Assembly: GCA_024704765.1 (NCBI GenBank)
Contig: JAKMXF010000066.1
Coordinates: 989,883 to 1,053,882 of the forward strand
Direction: 5' to 3'
DNA from: Oopsacas minuta
Taxonomy: Eukaryota; Animalia; Porifera
Length of the DNA: 64,000 nucleotides
Shown here: positions 10,101 through 20,233 of the stretch, piece after piece
Layout of the letters: each line of letters opens with the position of its first letter
How positions within the stretch are numbered: position 1 is the stretch's first letter
Position numbers and translations under genes: made by a program
Notes under the pieces: model-generated
What the model was told of the DNA's origin: nothing
Databases searched by the model: none
What the model saw: only the letters and a program-made list of their open reading frames with translations

Positions 10101-12152
10101 ACCAAACTTACATACAGTCTTATACAGCCAGATTTTAATGATACAGTCACACTAACCCTAACAGCTATTACCTCAAGCTATCAGCTGGAGCATACAATGA
10201 AATTACAGATACGCCCGTGTAAGAAATATCTGGTGCTTAAGAAGAATGAAAAAGATGGAACTTATTCATGTTCACTGCACAGTGGTACCAATAATCCGCT
10301 ATTTCTTGCCTTTGATGAAATTAATGCTAAGGCTTATATTAAAGATGGATCATGGATGTCTTTTACGGAAAAACCGAATTGTACTGTGTTAGGCGACCCT
10401 TGCTATGATATCTACGTTTCATACTGTTCTAGTGGATTCTGTGAATGTACACCTGGCGAAACCACGGGGTACCCTGGCTGTCAAGTGAATGTGATTGAGG
10501 AATATATCGACCGTCAATGCCATACCAACCGTGAAGGTATTTACTGTGGTATTTGTAAGCCTAACAAATCAGTAGGTATAAAGTCATTTGAGTGTAGAGA
10601 ATGCACGACAATTAAAAAGATCATAGGAACGATAGTAGCAGCAATTGATCTGGTGATTTTAGTCATGTTTTGCATTGGTGTGCTTTGGTGGAACATTTCA
10701 TATCCTCCTGAACTAGCCGGCGTGATATTTTACATACAAATCGTTGCTCTTGTATATAATGCTAATACAAATGGTTGGGTAATTTTTCAATTTTTCTGGT
10801 TACCATTAAAATACTATACTCATAGTGATTTCCTTAAAACAGTGTTAGATCCTTGTTCCGTATTCCCAGATTTCAAAGTTATTTATTCGATTGTTTACCA
10901 ACTTAACGACTTCATCGTGATGCTTCTTATCCTCACTATATTCTACTTATTAACTCGTTATATGAAAGCGTTCTATAATCACCATTTTCTTAACGGATTC
11001 GTGTTTCTGTTGATTTTCATTTACGTAACATTCGGACAAGTCTCCTTCTATTTCTTTAATCTAGAGTATTCACCTGATGGTGCTCCAGTATTCGGTCTAC
11101 AAACAGACATATCGTATTACTACGTAGCCCCTTTTGGTGCTATATTCGGTTTATTAGTACTGTTTGTACCGATATTATTCGTTATTTCAGCTTATGGATA
11201 TTTCGCACGGTTACAACTGTTAGCTGACGTGCTCCGTGCTCCATACAAATCTCATCTTTGGTATTGGACAGGCGTAGACCTACTTCGACGTCTTCTAATC
11301 GTTGTTGTCATAATAGCAACTACAGCACAAAGGCCTTATCGTAAAATAGCAGTTTGTATAGCTGTATTAGCTATTCTCCTCTCTCATGTTATAGCACAGC
11401 CTTACAAGAAGAAATGGGTGAATTTTGTGGAAGCTCTAGTGCTTTACGATCTATTCATTCTTTCTGCATTGAATCTTGATATCAATCTGGCTACTGAACG
11501 TATATTCTATCTTGATTTGATTTTGCTATTCTTACCATACGTATATGCCATTAGCTACATTGGGTATCGTATTTACGTTAAAATAGCCCCAAAATTGCAT
11601 ACAAAGTGCTTGAAATTTTCTAAAAGAAAAGTTAGGAAAGCAACTTTGGGACAACCGTTGTTGCCCAATGAGGAGTTTGAGAACACTCTTGAGTTGAAAA
11701 CGCATGAAGAGAGTTTGTCAAAGGACACAATTAACTGAGACTTGAATTAGCATTGTGTATTAGTAGTTTGTATATTGGTGCAAGTATTTATGTTTCAAAT
11801 AAGCGATACTTTCATGTGTTTTGAATATACTTACGTATATTTATATTAAAATACAATTGATACAATTTTCGAATATTATAATTTTGTTGCAGCAAAGCTG
11901 AAAAGCATTTATGTAAGCATATATCACTTTTTATAAACTCAACAAATTTTGTCTTAAATATATATTTTGCAGGTACATCCTGAACTAAGGCCTCCTCGAC
12001 CACAAAATCAGTTCATTCCCAGAATTTACGGTTTTAAGATCCACCCTATGGCCTATCAGATCCAATACCAGTCTGCACAGCGTCACCGTACAGCATCTAG
12101 CTCAGCTACACAGAGACCTGCTAGGACACAGCGCACCACACAACAGAAGTAA
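7180..12152 (+). CDS. CSNK2B: Casein kinase II regulatory subunit beta (3 exons)
   Basis: Exons 7180-7430, 7490-7739, 11973-12152. [39 protein letters not shown], zinc-finger Cys motifs, and C-terminal HMLFM|[15 protein letters not shown] joined across a phase-0 GT-AG intron. Confidence 0.97.
7947..11738 (+). CDS. Large secreted-ectodomain multi-pass membrane protein: right-handed beta-helix-like repeats, Cys-rich region, about 7-8 TM helices (nested in CSNK2B intron)
   Basis: Single long ORF with signal peptide [20 protein letters not shown]/FxxN repeats, a [14 protein letters not shown] Cys cluster, and hydrophobic helices in the C-terminal third. Confidence 0.8.
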   Translation: MIIVILFALLITPSISTKLDGDIHPVNCSKPNSIFETIYSQFNQSNSIETYNNYTQTLRFTECNLNQAMFSAATQPFLIFSIESECSTINLTSNITFYSATKAMSLTYITSPDAKHPKTIDCNGYSFQMQGYSRVVFSNLVFINGHPALNLVESAGTTHVCNVTFDGNHDNTNTSGIHLVCSSLYVYTCIFTRYITTFYTDKLHNEYMERTPPFDNYNDTISGGALTGIFWHSDFEAIISIRDTIFSDNEVKNRSIGIGNSTMVSWSTGGGVLFIFKNHTVSNHIEIIDSKFENNTAGAMGGGLFATFHEYAANNTVKITNTLFSGNKAFVHSGGMGVYHDGFSINNGIYLTKVKFTSNYCFRAGGGFNIEYNFNYPKAVQTFSDFVLHYPSFTTFPAPLFLTECVFNNNNSTLDAAAFQAWAFVSYLIHPSAVVLENCTFFNNHAKGYAAILASGVTLIFKGETKILNNSNSGLYLTHASTQLIGSIYFVGNINHNPGSGGGGLRMYDGSYVYINIHTKLNFTENIASIGPAIYIDTGVLHNADYNVFFASDCSMQAVNYNETLITPTLGVNIHFILEGNLARHADGRLRKPNYPMFMTNLDDCIPGSLNSLLEPNGTLPPDEYEMFVTLGNMHILKRLLHLYIQTDPSEVETVNIHRTSSVEVLFGYPGQEIGIPSLKAVDQLGTRTKATLFLQSNFKESVVVYPDVIVVEKNVTQTKLTYSLIQPDFNDTVTLTLTAITSSYQLEHTMKLQIRPCKKYLVLKKNEKDGTYSCSLHSGTNNPLFLAFDEINAKAYIKDGSWMSFTEKPNCTVLGDPCYDIYVSYCSSGFCECTPGETTGYPGCQVNVIEEYIDRQCHTNREGIYCGICKPNKSVGIKSFECRECTTIKKIIGTIVAAIDLVILVMFCIGVLWWNISYPPELAGVIFYIQIVALVYNANTNGWVIFQFFWLPLKYYTHSDFLKTVLDPCSVFPDFKVIYSIVYQLNDFIVMLLILTIFYLLTRYMKAFYNHHFLNGFVFLLIFIYVTFGQVSFYFFNLEYSPDGAPVFGLQTDISYYYVAPFGAIFGLLVLFVPILFVISAYGYFARLQLLADVLRAPYKSHLWYWTGVDLLRRLLIVVVIIATTAQRPYRKIAVCIAVLAILLSHVIAQPYKKKWVNFVEALVLYDLFILSALNLDINLATERIFYLDLILLFLPYVYAISYIGYRIYVKIAPKLHTKCLKFSKRKVRKATLGQPLLPNEEFENTLELKTHEESLSKDTIN

Positions 12153-12382
12153 TCCTGATATCTGTATATTCATGGTTCATCAGCTAAAACTAACTTGTGA
12201 TTTATTAACTTAGAACCTTTTGAATTGAATGCTATTATTATTATCTAATGCATTTTATGTTAGCATCATGATCTCAAAAATGAATACAGTAGTATTGTTA
12301 TTTGGCTATTCAAGGAGTAATACGTCCTCCCGTTGATGAACTGGCCCTCTTCATGCCATAAAGTAAACCTTTTTCACATTTG

Positions 12383-12418
12383 CAGGAGTGCACTTAAGCG
12401 CCTTTAAGTGCACTCCTG
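12383..12418. repeat. Perfect 15-bp inverted repeat upstream of UTP18
   Basis: caggagtgcacttaa-gcgcct-ttaagtgcactcctg. A second palindrome cctaaaag-t-cttttagg lies at about 12446-12462. Confidence 0.9.
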
Positions 12419-12469
12419 GACCTCTCGAAATTATGCCCAAATCCCCCTAAAAGTCTTTTAGGATAGGTA

Positions 12470-14041
12470 ATGCCCATCAAACGTAAAACCAAACAGAAAC
12501 ATGAACCTATAGATTGTACAGAAGATGATAATACAGTTATAGACATCAATAGTATGTTTGTTATTGACAAAACAGCTAATCCTGTCGATGACATTATCAA
12601 AACTGAAGTACCTGAACAAGAAGATGAAGCAAAAGAAAAGAGGAAACAGCTACAACTTGAACGTGAACAAAAACGCAAAATAAAACACGATAAAGATGAG
12701 AAAGATGAGCAGACTCTAAGCAGTATTATATTCAATCAACCAGAGCCTGCACAAATCCCTTCAATAAATACCGATAAGGATGAATCAGCTGATTCAGATA
12801 CAGATATAACACAATCTCTACAACCAGCATGGAATGACATAGATGATGATACAATAGTTTCAAAAGAAATAGCCCTGCAGCAAACCACGCGAGAGAGATT
12901 ACAAGAACGTTTTGAAGACGCTTCCGGTTGTCGTCCATCTTGGGCTAACAAACATCTCCGTAAAAGGGAATATTACGATACAAAAACAGAATTAGATTCT
13001 TCTGATGATGAAATGCAGCATTTATTACTGAAGAAAACTAAATTGACAGAGCTACCGTCTACTTTAAGACCCTCATTCATTAGTATAACCGGACTAATAG
13101 ACGCTAATAAGTCACACAAGCCTGATGCTGCAATGCGTTGTATTGAATTCCATCCTCGTTCCCAGCTGCTACTATCTGCTGGAATGCATAAGACACTTGA
13201 TGTATACCAAATAGACGGGAAACTATCTACACGTGTACAAGGAGTTTATATTGAAAACTTTCCAATTTATTCAGCACGTTTTACATCAAGTGGTGATGAA
13301 ATAATTCTGAATTCTGATAAAGCACATTTTTTCGTTTATAACCTTCAAACTGATAAGATACAAAAGATATATGAAGTACGTGGTCACAGGAAAGAGTATT
13401 TCAATAACTCTTTACCTTCTCCACGAGGTGACGTCATAGCTTTTCTGGGGAAAGATGGTTACACAGTTTTGCTATCTACACGGACTAAACAATGGATATC
13501 AGACTTGAAAATGAACGGGACTGTACGTAGTGTTGCATTCGCTAGAAATGGCGAGTTAATGCTTACTGGTGGTAGCGATGGTGAGGTTTATGTATGGGAT
13601 ATGAATACCAGAGATTGTGTTAACAAATTCCGCGATGAAGGTACCGCTGTAATTCATAGTATTTCCGCATCATCAGGCGAACAGCCTTCAGTAGCAGTTG
13701 GCACAGCATCAGGTATTGTGAATATATACGACAGCACTTGTTTATACTCCACACAGACGCCCAAGCCAATCAAAACATACAAAAACCTTACAACTTCCAT
13801 CACTAACCTAAAATTTTCTCCTACAGACGAAATTCTTGCATTCTTCTCATATAGAAATAAGCAGGCAATTCGGCTTGCACACACACAAACTCACACTGTA
13901 TTCAATAACTGGCCCAGACAGGATAGTAATTTCGGTTATGTGAATGCATTAGACTTTTCTTATAATTCTAAGTATATTGCTGTAGGTAATGACTTGGGTA
14001 GAGTAATGTTGTTTAGATTGAATCATTTTCTAGATAATTAA
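12470..14041 (+). CDS. UTP18: U3 snoRNA-associated protein 18 homolog (WD40)
   Basis: Acidic N-terminus (QPAWNDIDD), WD40 repeats, and typical C-terminus IRLAH..TVFNNWP..VNALDFS..IAVGNDLGRVMLFRLNHF. Confidence 0.92.
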   Translation: MPIKRKTKQKHEPIDCTEDDNTVIDINSMFVIDKTANPVDDIIKTEVPEQEDEAKEKRKQLQLEREQKRKIKHDKDEKDEQTLSSIIFNQPEPAQIPSINTDKDESADSDTDITQSLQPAWNDIDDDTIVSKEIALQQTTRERLQERFEDASGCRPSWANKHLRKREYYDTKTELDSSDDEMQHLLLKKTKLTELPSTLRPSFISITGLIDANKSHKPDAAMRCIEFHPRSQLLLSAGMHKTLDVYQIDGKLSTRVQGVYIENFPIYSARFTSSGDEIILNSDKAHFFVYNLQTDKIQKIYEVRGHRKEYFNNSLPSPRGDVIAFLGKDGYTVLLSTRTKQWISDLKMNGTVRSVAFARNGELMLTGGSDGEVYVWDMNTRDCVNKFRDEGTAVIHSISASSGEQPSVAVGTASGIVNIYDSTCLYSTQTPKPIKTYKNLTTSITNLKFSPTDEILAFFSYRNKQAIRLAHTQTHTVFNNWPRQDSNFGYVNALDFSYNSKYIAVGNDLGRVMLFRLNHFLDN

Positions 14042-14765
14042 TGTATTTTCAAGGTTTATTAAAGCTATACTTTGCTATTTTCAGATTTGCATACACTTAA
14101 CCCCAAATAACTGGAATTGCCTTATAAGGAATGGTCACGTTAACTATATATATTTCGAGTTATTTGGAGATAAGAGTATCAGCTTTATCATTAATCAAAC
14201 GTGAGTTAATGTAAAGATATTCACTAATAAGTATATAAAAGACTGCCCCACAGAAACAATTATAAATTCCTGTAAATCCCTATCTGAATACACGAGACAA
14301 TTAGCTCACATACCTGTAAATGTGTTCATAAGTCACATCAATAATCTTCCCATCTTCCCTCACATAATCTTTCTTCTCCATTGAGATAATTGATATTAAG
14401 GGAGATTGTCCCTTTTAATAGCTATCTCAGCTTGTGGGTATATTAATGCCTAATTATTCCTGCGAGAAATGGCTGCTTTATTGAAGCCAAATGTGTTAAG
14501 GTTATTTGGGGGAAACTTTCTATTAATCGAACTACACGGGTTTAACCCGTTTTTATGAATCATAGTATGAACGAATCTGTAGTAAGTTTGTTCTAACAAG
14601 ACATTTCATAGAAATAATTATTCCACGACGAATGACCATAATTGGATGTAGGGTGAGTACTTATGCTTAGGAAATACTCGTTTAACCAACTTCAAAAGAG
14701 ACCAAAATAAATCATGATATACTAAACATAATTGCCTAGTAAGTCATAACGAATATTCTAAATAA

Positions 14766-15425
14766 ATGGCTTCATTTACACCCAATATTTCAATTCGTGA
14801 GGCTCCACTCCAACCCAAACAAAGCGCGATATTATTCGTAGATATACAAAATTATTCGCTGCACTCTGAAGGAATTATTTACAAAGAATTGGAGAAAAAT
14901 CCTATTTCATTCACCTACTTCCAATCTCAAATACCCCAAAATATTTCCAACTGGCAAAAATTGCTGAAAACGTTTCGGCAAGCAAAAATCGAAGTATTAT
15001 ACACTGTGATTGAGAATCTGACGTTTGATGGCAGAGACCGTAGTTTAGACTATAAAATATCCGGTTTAAACATACCGAAGGGTTCATTCGATGGTAAAGT
15101 AATAGATGAACTACAGCCAATCAATGATGAAATTGTTTTCCCTAAAAGCTCAAGCAATGTATTCGTATCTACAAACATACACTATATACTCGGTAATCTT
15201 GGTGTAAAGCAATTGGTAATAGTGGGTGCACTAACTGATCAATGTGTTGACTCTGCTGTAAGGGATGCTTGTGATTTGGGTTATTTGGTTACCCTCGTTT
15301 CTGACGCATGCATTACTAGGACAAAGGAAAGGCACGATAGTTCACTGCGGAATATCAAGGGCTATTGTAGACAGAGAACTACAGACGAACTGGTTGCTGA
15401 AGTAGAAAATTTATTGAAATTGTAA
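14766..15425 (+). CDS. Isochorismatase-like cysteine hydrolase
   Basis: Asp-Lys-Cys triad motifs FVDIQN, FPKSSS, TDQCVDSAVRDA; single exon. Confidence 0.9.
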   Translation: MASFTPNISIREAPLQPKQSAILFVDIQNYSLHSEGIIYKELEKNPISFTYFQSQIPQNISNWQKLLKTFRQAKIEVLYTVIENLTFDGRDRSLDYKISGLNIPKGSFDGKVIDELQPINDEIVFPKSSSNVFVSTNIHYILGNLGVKQLVIVGALTDQCVDSAVRDACDLGYLVTLVSDACITRTKERHDSSLRNIKGYCRQRTTDELVAEVENLLKL

Positions 15426-15927
15426 CCTATACAACATTCAATAGTGTACTTTCTACTTAGATCTATTCTATACGGCAATTCTAATTGAATAGTATTTAGA
15501 CACTTTTCTATATATTAAGTGTAAACTAGTCACTTTGAAATAATTCTGATCAGCTGTTGTAGATATATATATACAATCACTGATTTGTAGGAAACATAAA
15601 TCGCAGAATCATAAACCATTCTATTAGCTATATATGCTATGATGAATTTAAAAGTAATTGGAGGATATGAAAAGGCAAAGGAAAGTTAATAAACCCACAG
15701 GGGCTAGCTATAGGTAAGGATGGATTGATTGTTAGCGTCTGTAACAGAGATGAAAATCAAATACAATTATTATAAATAATACTCAAAAAATATTTGTTTA
15801 CAAGTTCGTTTAATCATATTCGAAGTAAATATTAAAGGTAAATAATGATAACCACTTGATATATTGCGGTTATTCAATATATAATTTTAACCAGAGGTGG
15901 TGAGTAAGCTATATATATGGGTATTAT

Positions 15928-17092
15928 CTAATCTTGAAACACAGTAAAGAAGTTCCAATAAGCTGTGACCATTGATTGATCCATTGTATAGTCCAGACAG
16001 TCAACATGAAATACTCCAACACCTCGTATTTGGAAAGGTTTGTATATTTCAGCTTTGCGAGTTAAACTAACACTGTTGTCATACCAGAACTGTCTTGGAA
16101 AGGAATCAATGTTATCTTTGGGGATTATTGTGAGAAATGGGGATACAGTTTCATTATCCCATCCTTGAATAAATTCATAATTACCATTAACTACATAGTT
16201 TTCGTATATTTTGGGTATAATTGACTGTCTCGTGTTAATATACGGACAATTGTGGAGAGAGCATAATCCACTTGATGTAATATTATCACAATTGTATAGG
16301 TATCCATACCAGGGCATACCTACTACTAATTTCGAAGGTGGTATGCCAAGAGACATGTATTTGGTGAGTCCTATAAATAGGAGAAATGATTTAAGTACAT
16401 AATAATACGACTAATAATACAAACTTACCAAAAATAGTCTTCATTGGTTGCTGATTTGCAGTAGCAAAGCAATGATTAGGGTGAATGTCCCAGACATGAT
16501 CATAATCCATTATCATTAAATAGTCCATAACGGTTGGAATAGTTACCATCTCGTAATGAAGTAATGGATCTGTTGGCAGGCAATAAGTCAACTGGTAGTT
16601 AGAGTTCATACTTCTGACTCTAATGGATAGTTCTACCATGAAATCAACAAGCTGTGGCTCCCATTGGGCTATACGAGGACGTTCATAATCAACGTTGATC
16701 CCATCTAAATGATAATCTGTCAACAATTTAAGATTTTCTTGTATCCATTTTTCTTGTTTTGTAGAGTTACGAAATGTTTCATTTCCAAAGCATCCTCGTA
16801 GATGTAGCTGCACGTTATACTTATGTGCTACACACACGATTTCAGGGTCTATTTCTGTAATGTCAAAGAATAATACCATTTCAGTTATTTTTGTGAAATC
16901 ATAGTATTTCCAGTTCCCTGGTTCTTTAGAATAGGCTAGACGGGTTTTGCCTTTGGCTGGGGGTATCGGTTCACATAATGAGGCGTCTTCACATGGACAA
17001 GTAGATGTTGAACGTCGGTTATGGTCCGCAATATCAGTGCTCGAAGCAAGATTTATTAAAATTAGACAAAATATGCAGATGTAGCAGACCAT
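15928..17092 (-). CDS. CTBS: Di-N-acetylchitobiase-like GH18 hydrolase, copy 1
   Basis: Signal peptide, CPCEDASLCEP, catalytic LDGINVDYE, LMIMDYD, GIPPSKLVVGMPWYGY. One intron 16371-16428. Confidence 0.85.
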
Positions 17093-17408
17093 TTATTCGC
17101 AAATGCATAGAGAAGAAACTATATATATTTATATGAATCTCAATGAAAGTATTTGCATAATCCAATGGAATTCAATAAAGAATCCAAATCACTCAAAATA
17201 ACAAATAATTCAGGTTTCATTAGGATTCTATGAAATAATCTGAGTATTTGTAAGATTGGATAACAAATTCTGAGTCCTCAATATTAACTAATAAATGTAT
17301 AATTTTACTAATTACAGCAACTTGTACAAGTAGATAAGAATAGAAAAGTTAAAATGATATTAAATAGAGGTGCAATTACAATAAAAATGTGTAAAATAAA
17401 CTAGTTCC

Positions 17409-18599
17409 CTAATCTTGAAACACAGTGAAAAGGTTCCAAAAATCTTTGTTCATAGACTTCATCACTGGCATAGTATAGTTCAGACAGTCAGCATGAAATA
17501 CTCCAATACCTCGTATTTGAAAGGGTTTGTACATTTCAGCTTTGCGAGTTAAACTGATACTGTTGTCATACCAGAACTGTATTGGATCCAAATTATCGAC
17601 TTTAGGGATTATTGTGAGAAATGGAGATACTTTTGCATCATCCCATCCTTGAGTGAGCTTATAATTACCATTGACATCGTAGAGTTCATATACCTTGGGA
17701 ATAGTCATTTCCATTCGAGAATCGTGAGAACAGTTTTTCACGATACATCTTCCACTTGATGTAATCTTCTCACAGGTAGCCAAGAGTCCATACCAGGGCA
17801 TACCTATCACTATTTTTGAAGGTGGTATCCCTAGTTCGAGGTATTCAGTGAGACCTATAAATACAATTATTTTAATGTAGCAATACTTAATTTGCATTTT
17901 GCAATTCAAATTACTAAATTTACCTGTAATTGTTGTCAGTGGATGCTCATTTGCTGATGCATAACAATGTTCCTGTTCATTGATATTTGCTTGATCATAA
18001 TCCATTATCATTAGATAGTCCATTACCTCTGGGATAGTAGTATAGTCGTTATTGGGCTTTGGGAATGTTTCGAGACAATAAGTCAATTGGTAGTTCGAGT
18101 TCATACTTCTAAGTTTTTTGGATAATTTCACCATAAATGAAACAAGAAGTGGTTCATGTTCTGCATTACGTGGTTGCTCAAAATCAATATTGATGCCATC
18201 CAAATAATTATCTGTCAGCTTTTTAAGATTATCATCTATCCATTCGTCTTGCTTTACAGGGTTAAGATACGTTTCATTTGTAAAACATCCTTTTAGATGT
18301 AATTGCACGTTATTCTTATGTGCCATACACACGAGTTCAGGGTCTATATCTGCTGTGGCGAAGGACAATATCAATTCGGTTATTTTGGTGAAATCATAGT
18401 ATTTCCAGTTCTCAGGCACTTTAGAATACGCTAGACGGGTTTTACCTTTGGCTCTGGGTATCGGCTGACAGAGCGAAGGATCTTCACATGTACACACCAA
18501 TGGGTACTGTCGGTTATGGTCCACAAAATCTACACATTTCGGAGTAGACGAAGCGAGATTGATGGAAAACAGCAAGATTATGTAGACGTAGCAAAACAT
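17409..18599 (-). CDS. CTBS: Di-N-acetylchitobiase-like GH18 hydrolase, copy 2
   Basis: Tandem paralog with LDGINIDFE. Intron at the same position (17855-17923, 69 nt, read through in the ORF track). Confidence 0.85.
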   Translation of the reverse strand: MFCYVYIILLFSINLASSTPKCVDFVDHNRQYPLVCTCEDPSLCQPIPRAKGKTRLAYSKVPENWKYYDFTKITELILSFATADIDPELVCMAHKNNVQLHLKGCFTNETYLNPVKQDEWIDDNLKKLTDNYLDGINIDFEQPRNAEHEPLLVSFMVKLSKKLRSMNSNYQLTYCLETFPKPNNDYTTIPEVMDYLMIMDYDQANINEQEHCYASANEHPLTTITGKFSNLNCKMQIKYCYIKIIVFIGLTEYLELGIPPSKIVIGMPWYGLLATCEKITSSGRCIVKNCSHDSRMEMTIPKVYELYDVNGNYKLTQGWDDAKVSPFLTIIPKVDNLDPIQFWYDNSISLTRKAEMYKPFQIRGIGVFHADCLNYTMPVMKSMNKDFWNLFTVFQD

Positions 18600-18871
18600 T
18601 TCTAAAATGACAGAAGATTTCTGGGTATATTTATAATTTTAAGTATTTGGGCATAGGCATAATGTGATATTGTGTTTAATCAGCTACGTATCTATTTCAA
18701 TGAATGGCATCAACATACTGTAGCTATACAAATTTGAATATCCCAAAATTTCAAAGTAGAACCCTTTAGTAACTTAACACTACTGTGGTTGACATCAATA
18801 CTACTGAACCATATTCAGAATCCTTGCAGTACATATATCAGTATATTCAAATCAAAATTTATCAAATTTCA

Positions 18872-20233
18872 ATGCACCAAACTCGCATTTTTTTTGTTGC
18901 CTGCTTTTTGTTCGCCACTGTGTTTACACAGGACAATGCTGATAAGATAACTTCGCTGCCTGGGCAGCCTAAGAATGTTTCTTATAATCAGTATGCTGGT
19001 TATATCACTGTAGATGCTAAGAATGATCGGAAACTATTCTATTGGTTTGTCGAGGCTGCCACCGAGGCTGACTCAAAGCCGTGGGTGTTATGGCAGACAG
19101 GAGGCCCTGGGTGCTCATCTTTACTAGGATTACTATTAGAAACAGGTCCTTTCACTCCAAGTCCTGGTGGAGAATCTCTATATGAAAACCCTTATTCATG
19201 GAACTTATTAGCTAACATGCTATACGTTGAGTCTCCTGCTGGCGTTGGATTTTCTAGTTCCAAAGTTAAGAGTGATTACACAGTCGGTGATGCACGCACT
19301 GCAACAGATCTAATCCAGTTTCTGACATTATTCTTAGCAAAGTACCCGAAATACATGAAAAGACCATTTTACCTTGCAGGGGAATCATATGGTGGCCATT
19401 ACATTCCAAATCTTGCTCTGGCCATTACCAGAGTCAATCTCATTATCAACTTCCAAGGGTTCTTAGTTGGAAATCCTTGGACTTATCCTAAGTTTGACAA
19501 CAACGGCTCAACTTTATTTTGGTTCTCGCATGGTTTAATGACAATTGAAGAGTTTTCAGCTATAAACGCTCATTGCAATTTCAGCCAAAGCGGACCATTT
19601 TTAAAATACCCGGATACATATAACATGGATAAAATCTGCCTAAAAACACTGAATAATGTCGATAAGATTCTTAATATCATCAGCCCCTACGATATATATG
19701 ACGATATGTGTATGCGAATGGGTGGTTATGAAGGAATGAGATTGCATCAATATCTTTCAAACCAACCGACAAAACTATCGAATGACAATCCTTGTGGCAC
19801 TGAAGACATATATGCTTATCTCAATAGGCCTGATGTGCAGAAAGCAATTCATGCTGACGAAATTGAATGGACAATGTGTTCAGAAAAGTTGGATTATTCA
19901 ATAAATGATTTAATAACACCAATGAAAAAGGTATGGAAGCAATTACTGCCTTACCACAAAGAGCTAAAATTCCTAGTCTATTCTGGAGATGTTGATGCTG
20001 CAGTTCCATGGCTTGGAACTCTACTGTGGATAAAAGACCTGGAAAAAGATGGTACAATCAACCTAGTCGAAGATTGGAATCCATGGTATGGCTCAACAGT
20101 ACAAGTAGGAGGATTTACTCTACAGTATGATAAGATGACGTTCAAGACTGTACGTGATGCAGGACACCAAGTACCTTCCTCACAACCAAGACGTGCATAT
20201 GATATGCTAAACGATTTTCTTAACCTACCGTAA
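18872..20233 (+). CDS. Serine carboxypeptidase (peptidase S10), copy A
   Basis: Signal peptide from ATG 18872; WQTGGPGCSS, GESYGG (Ser), YSGDVD (Asp), AGHQVP (His). Confidence 0.92.
   Translation: MHQTRIFFVACFLFATVFTQDNADKITSLPGQPKNVSYNQYAGYITVDAKNDRKLFYWFVEAATEADSKPWVLWQTGGPGCSSLLGLLLETGPFTPSPGGESLYENPYSWNLLANMLYVESPAGVGFSSSKVKSDYTVGDARTATDLIQFLTLFLAKYPKYMKRPFYLAGESYGGHYIPNLALAITRVNLIINFQGFLVGNPWTYPKFDNNGSTLFWFSHGLMTIEEFSAINAHCNFSQSGPFLKYPDTYNMDKICLKTLNNVDKILNIISPYDIYDDMCMRMGGYEGMRLHQYLSNQPTKLSNDNPCGTEDIYAYLNRPDVQKAIHADEIEWTMCSEKLDYSINDLITPMKKVWKQLLPYHKELKFLVYSGDVDAAVPWLGTLLWIKDLEKDGTINLVEDWNPWYGSTVQVGGFTLQYDKMTFKTVRDAGHQVPSSQPRRAYDMLNDFLNLP

Noticed and set aside
15667-15713. Possible GREB1 first exon (TGASY vs MGNSY)
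   Set aside because: Four-residue resemblance only; no compatible next exon found.
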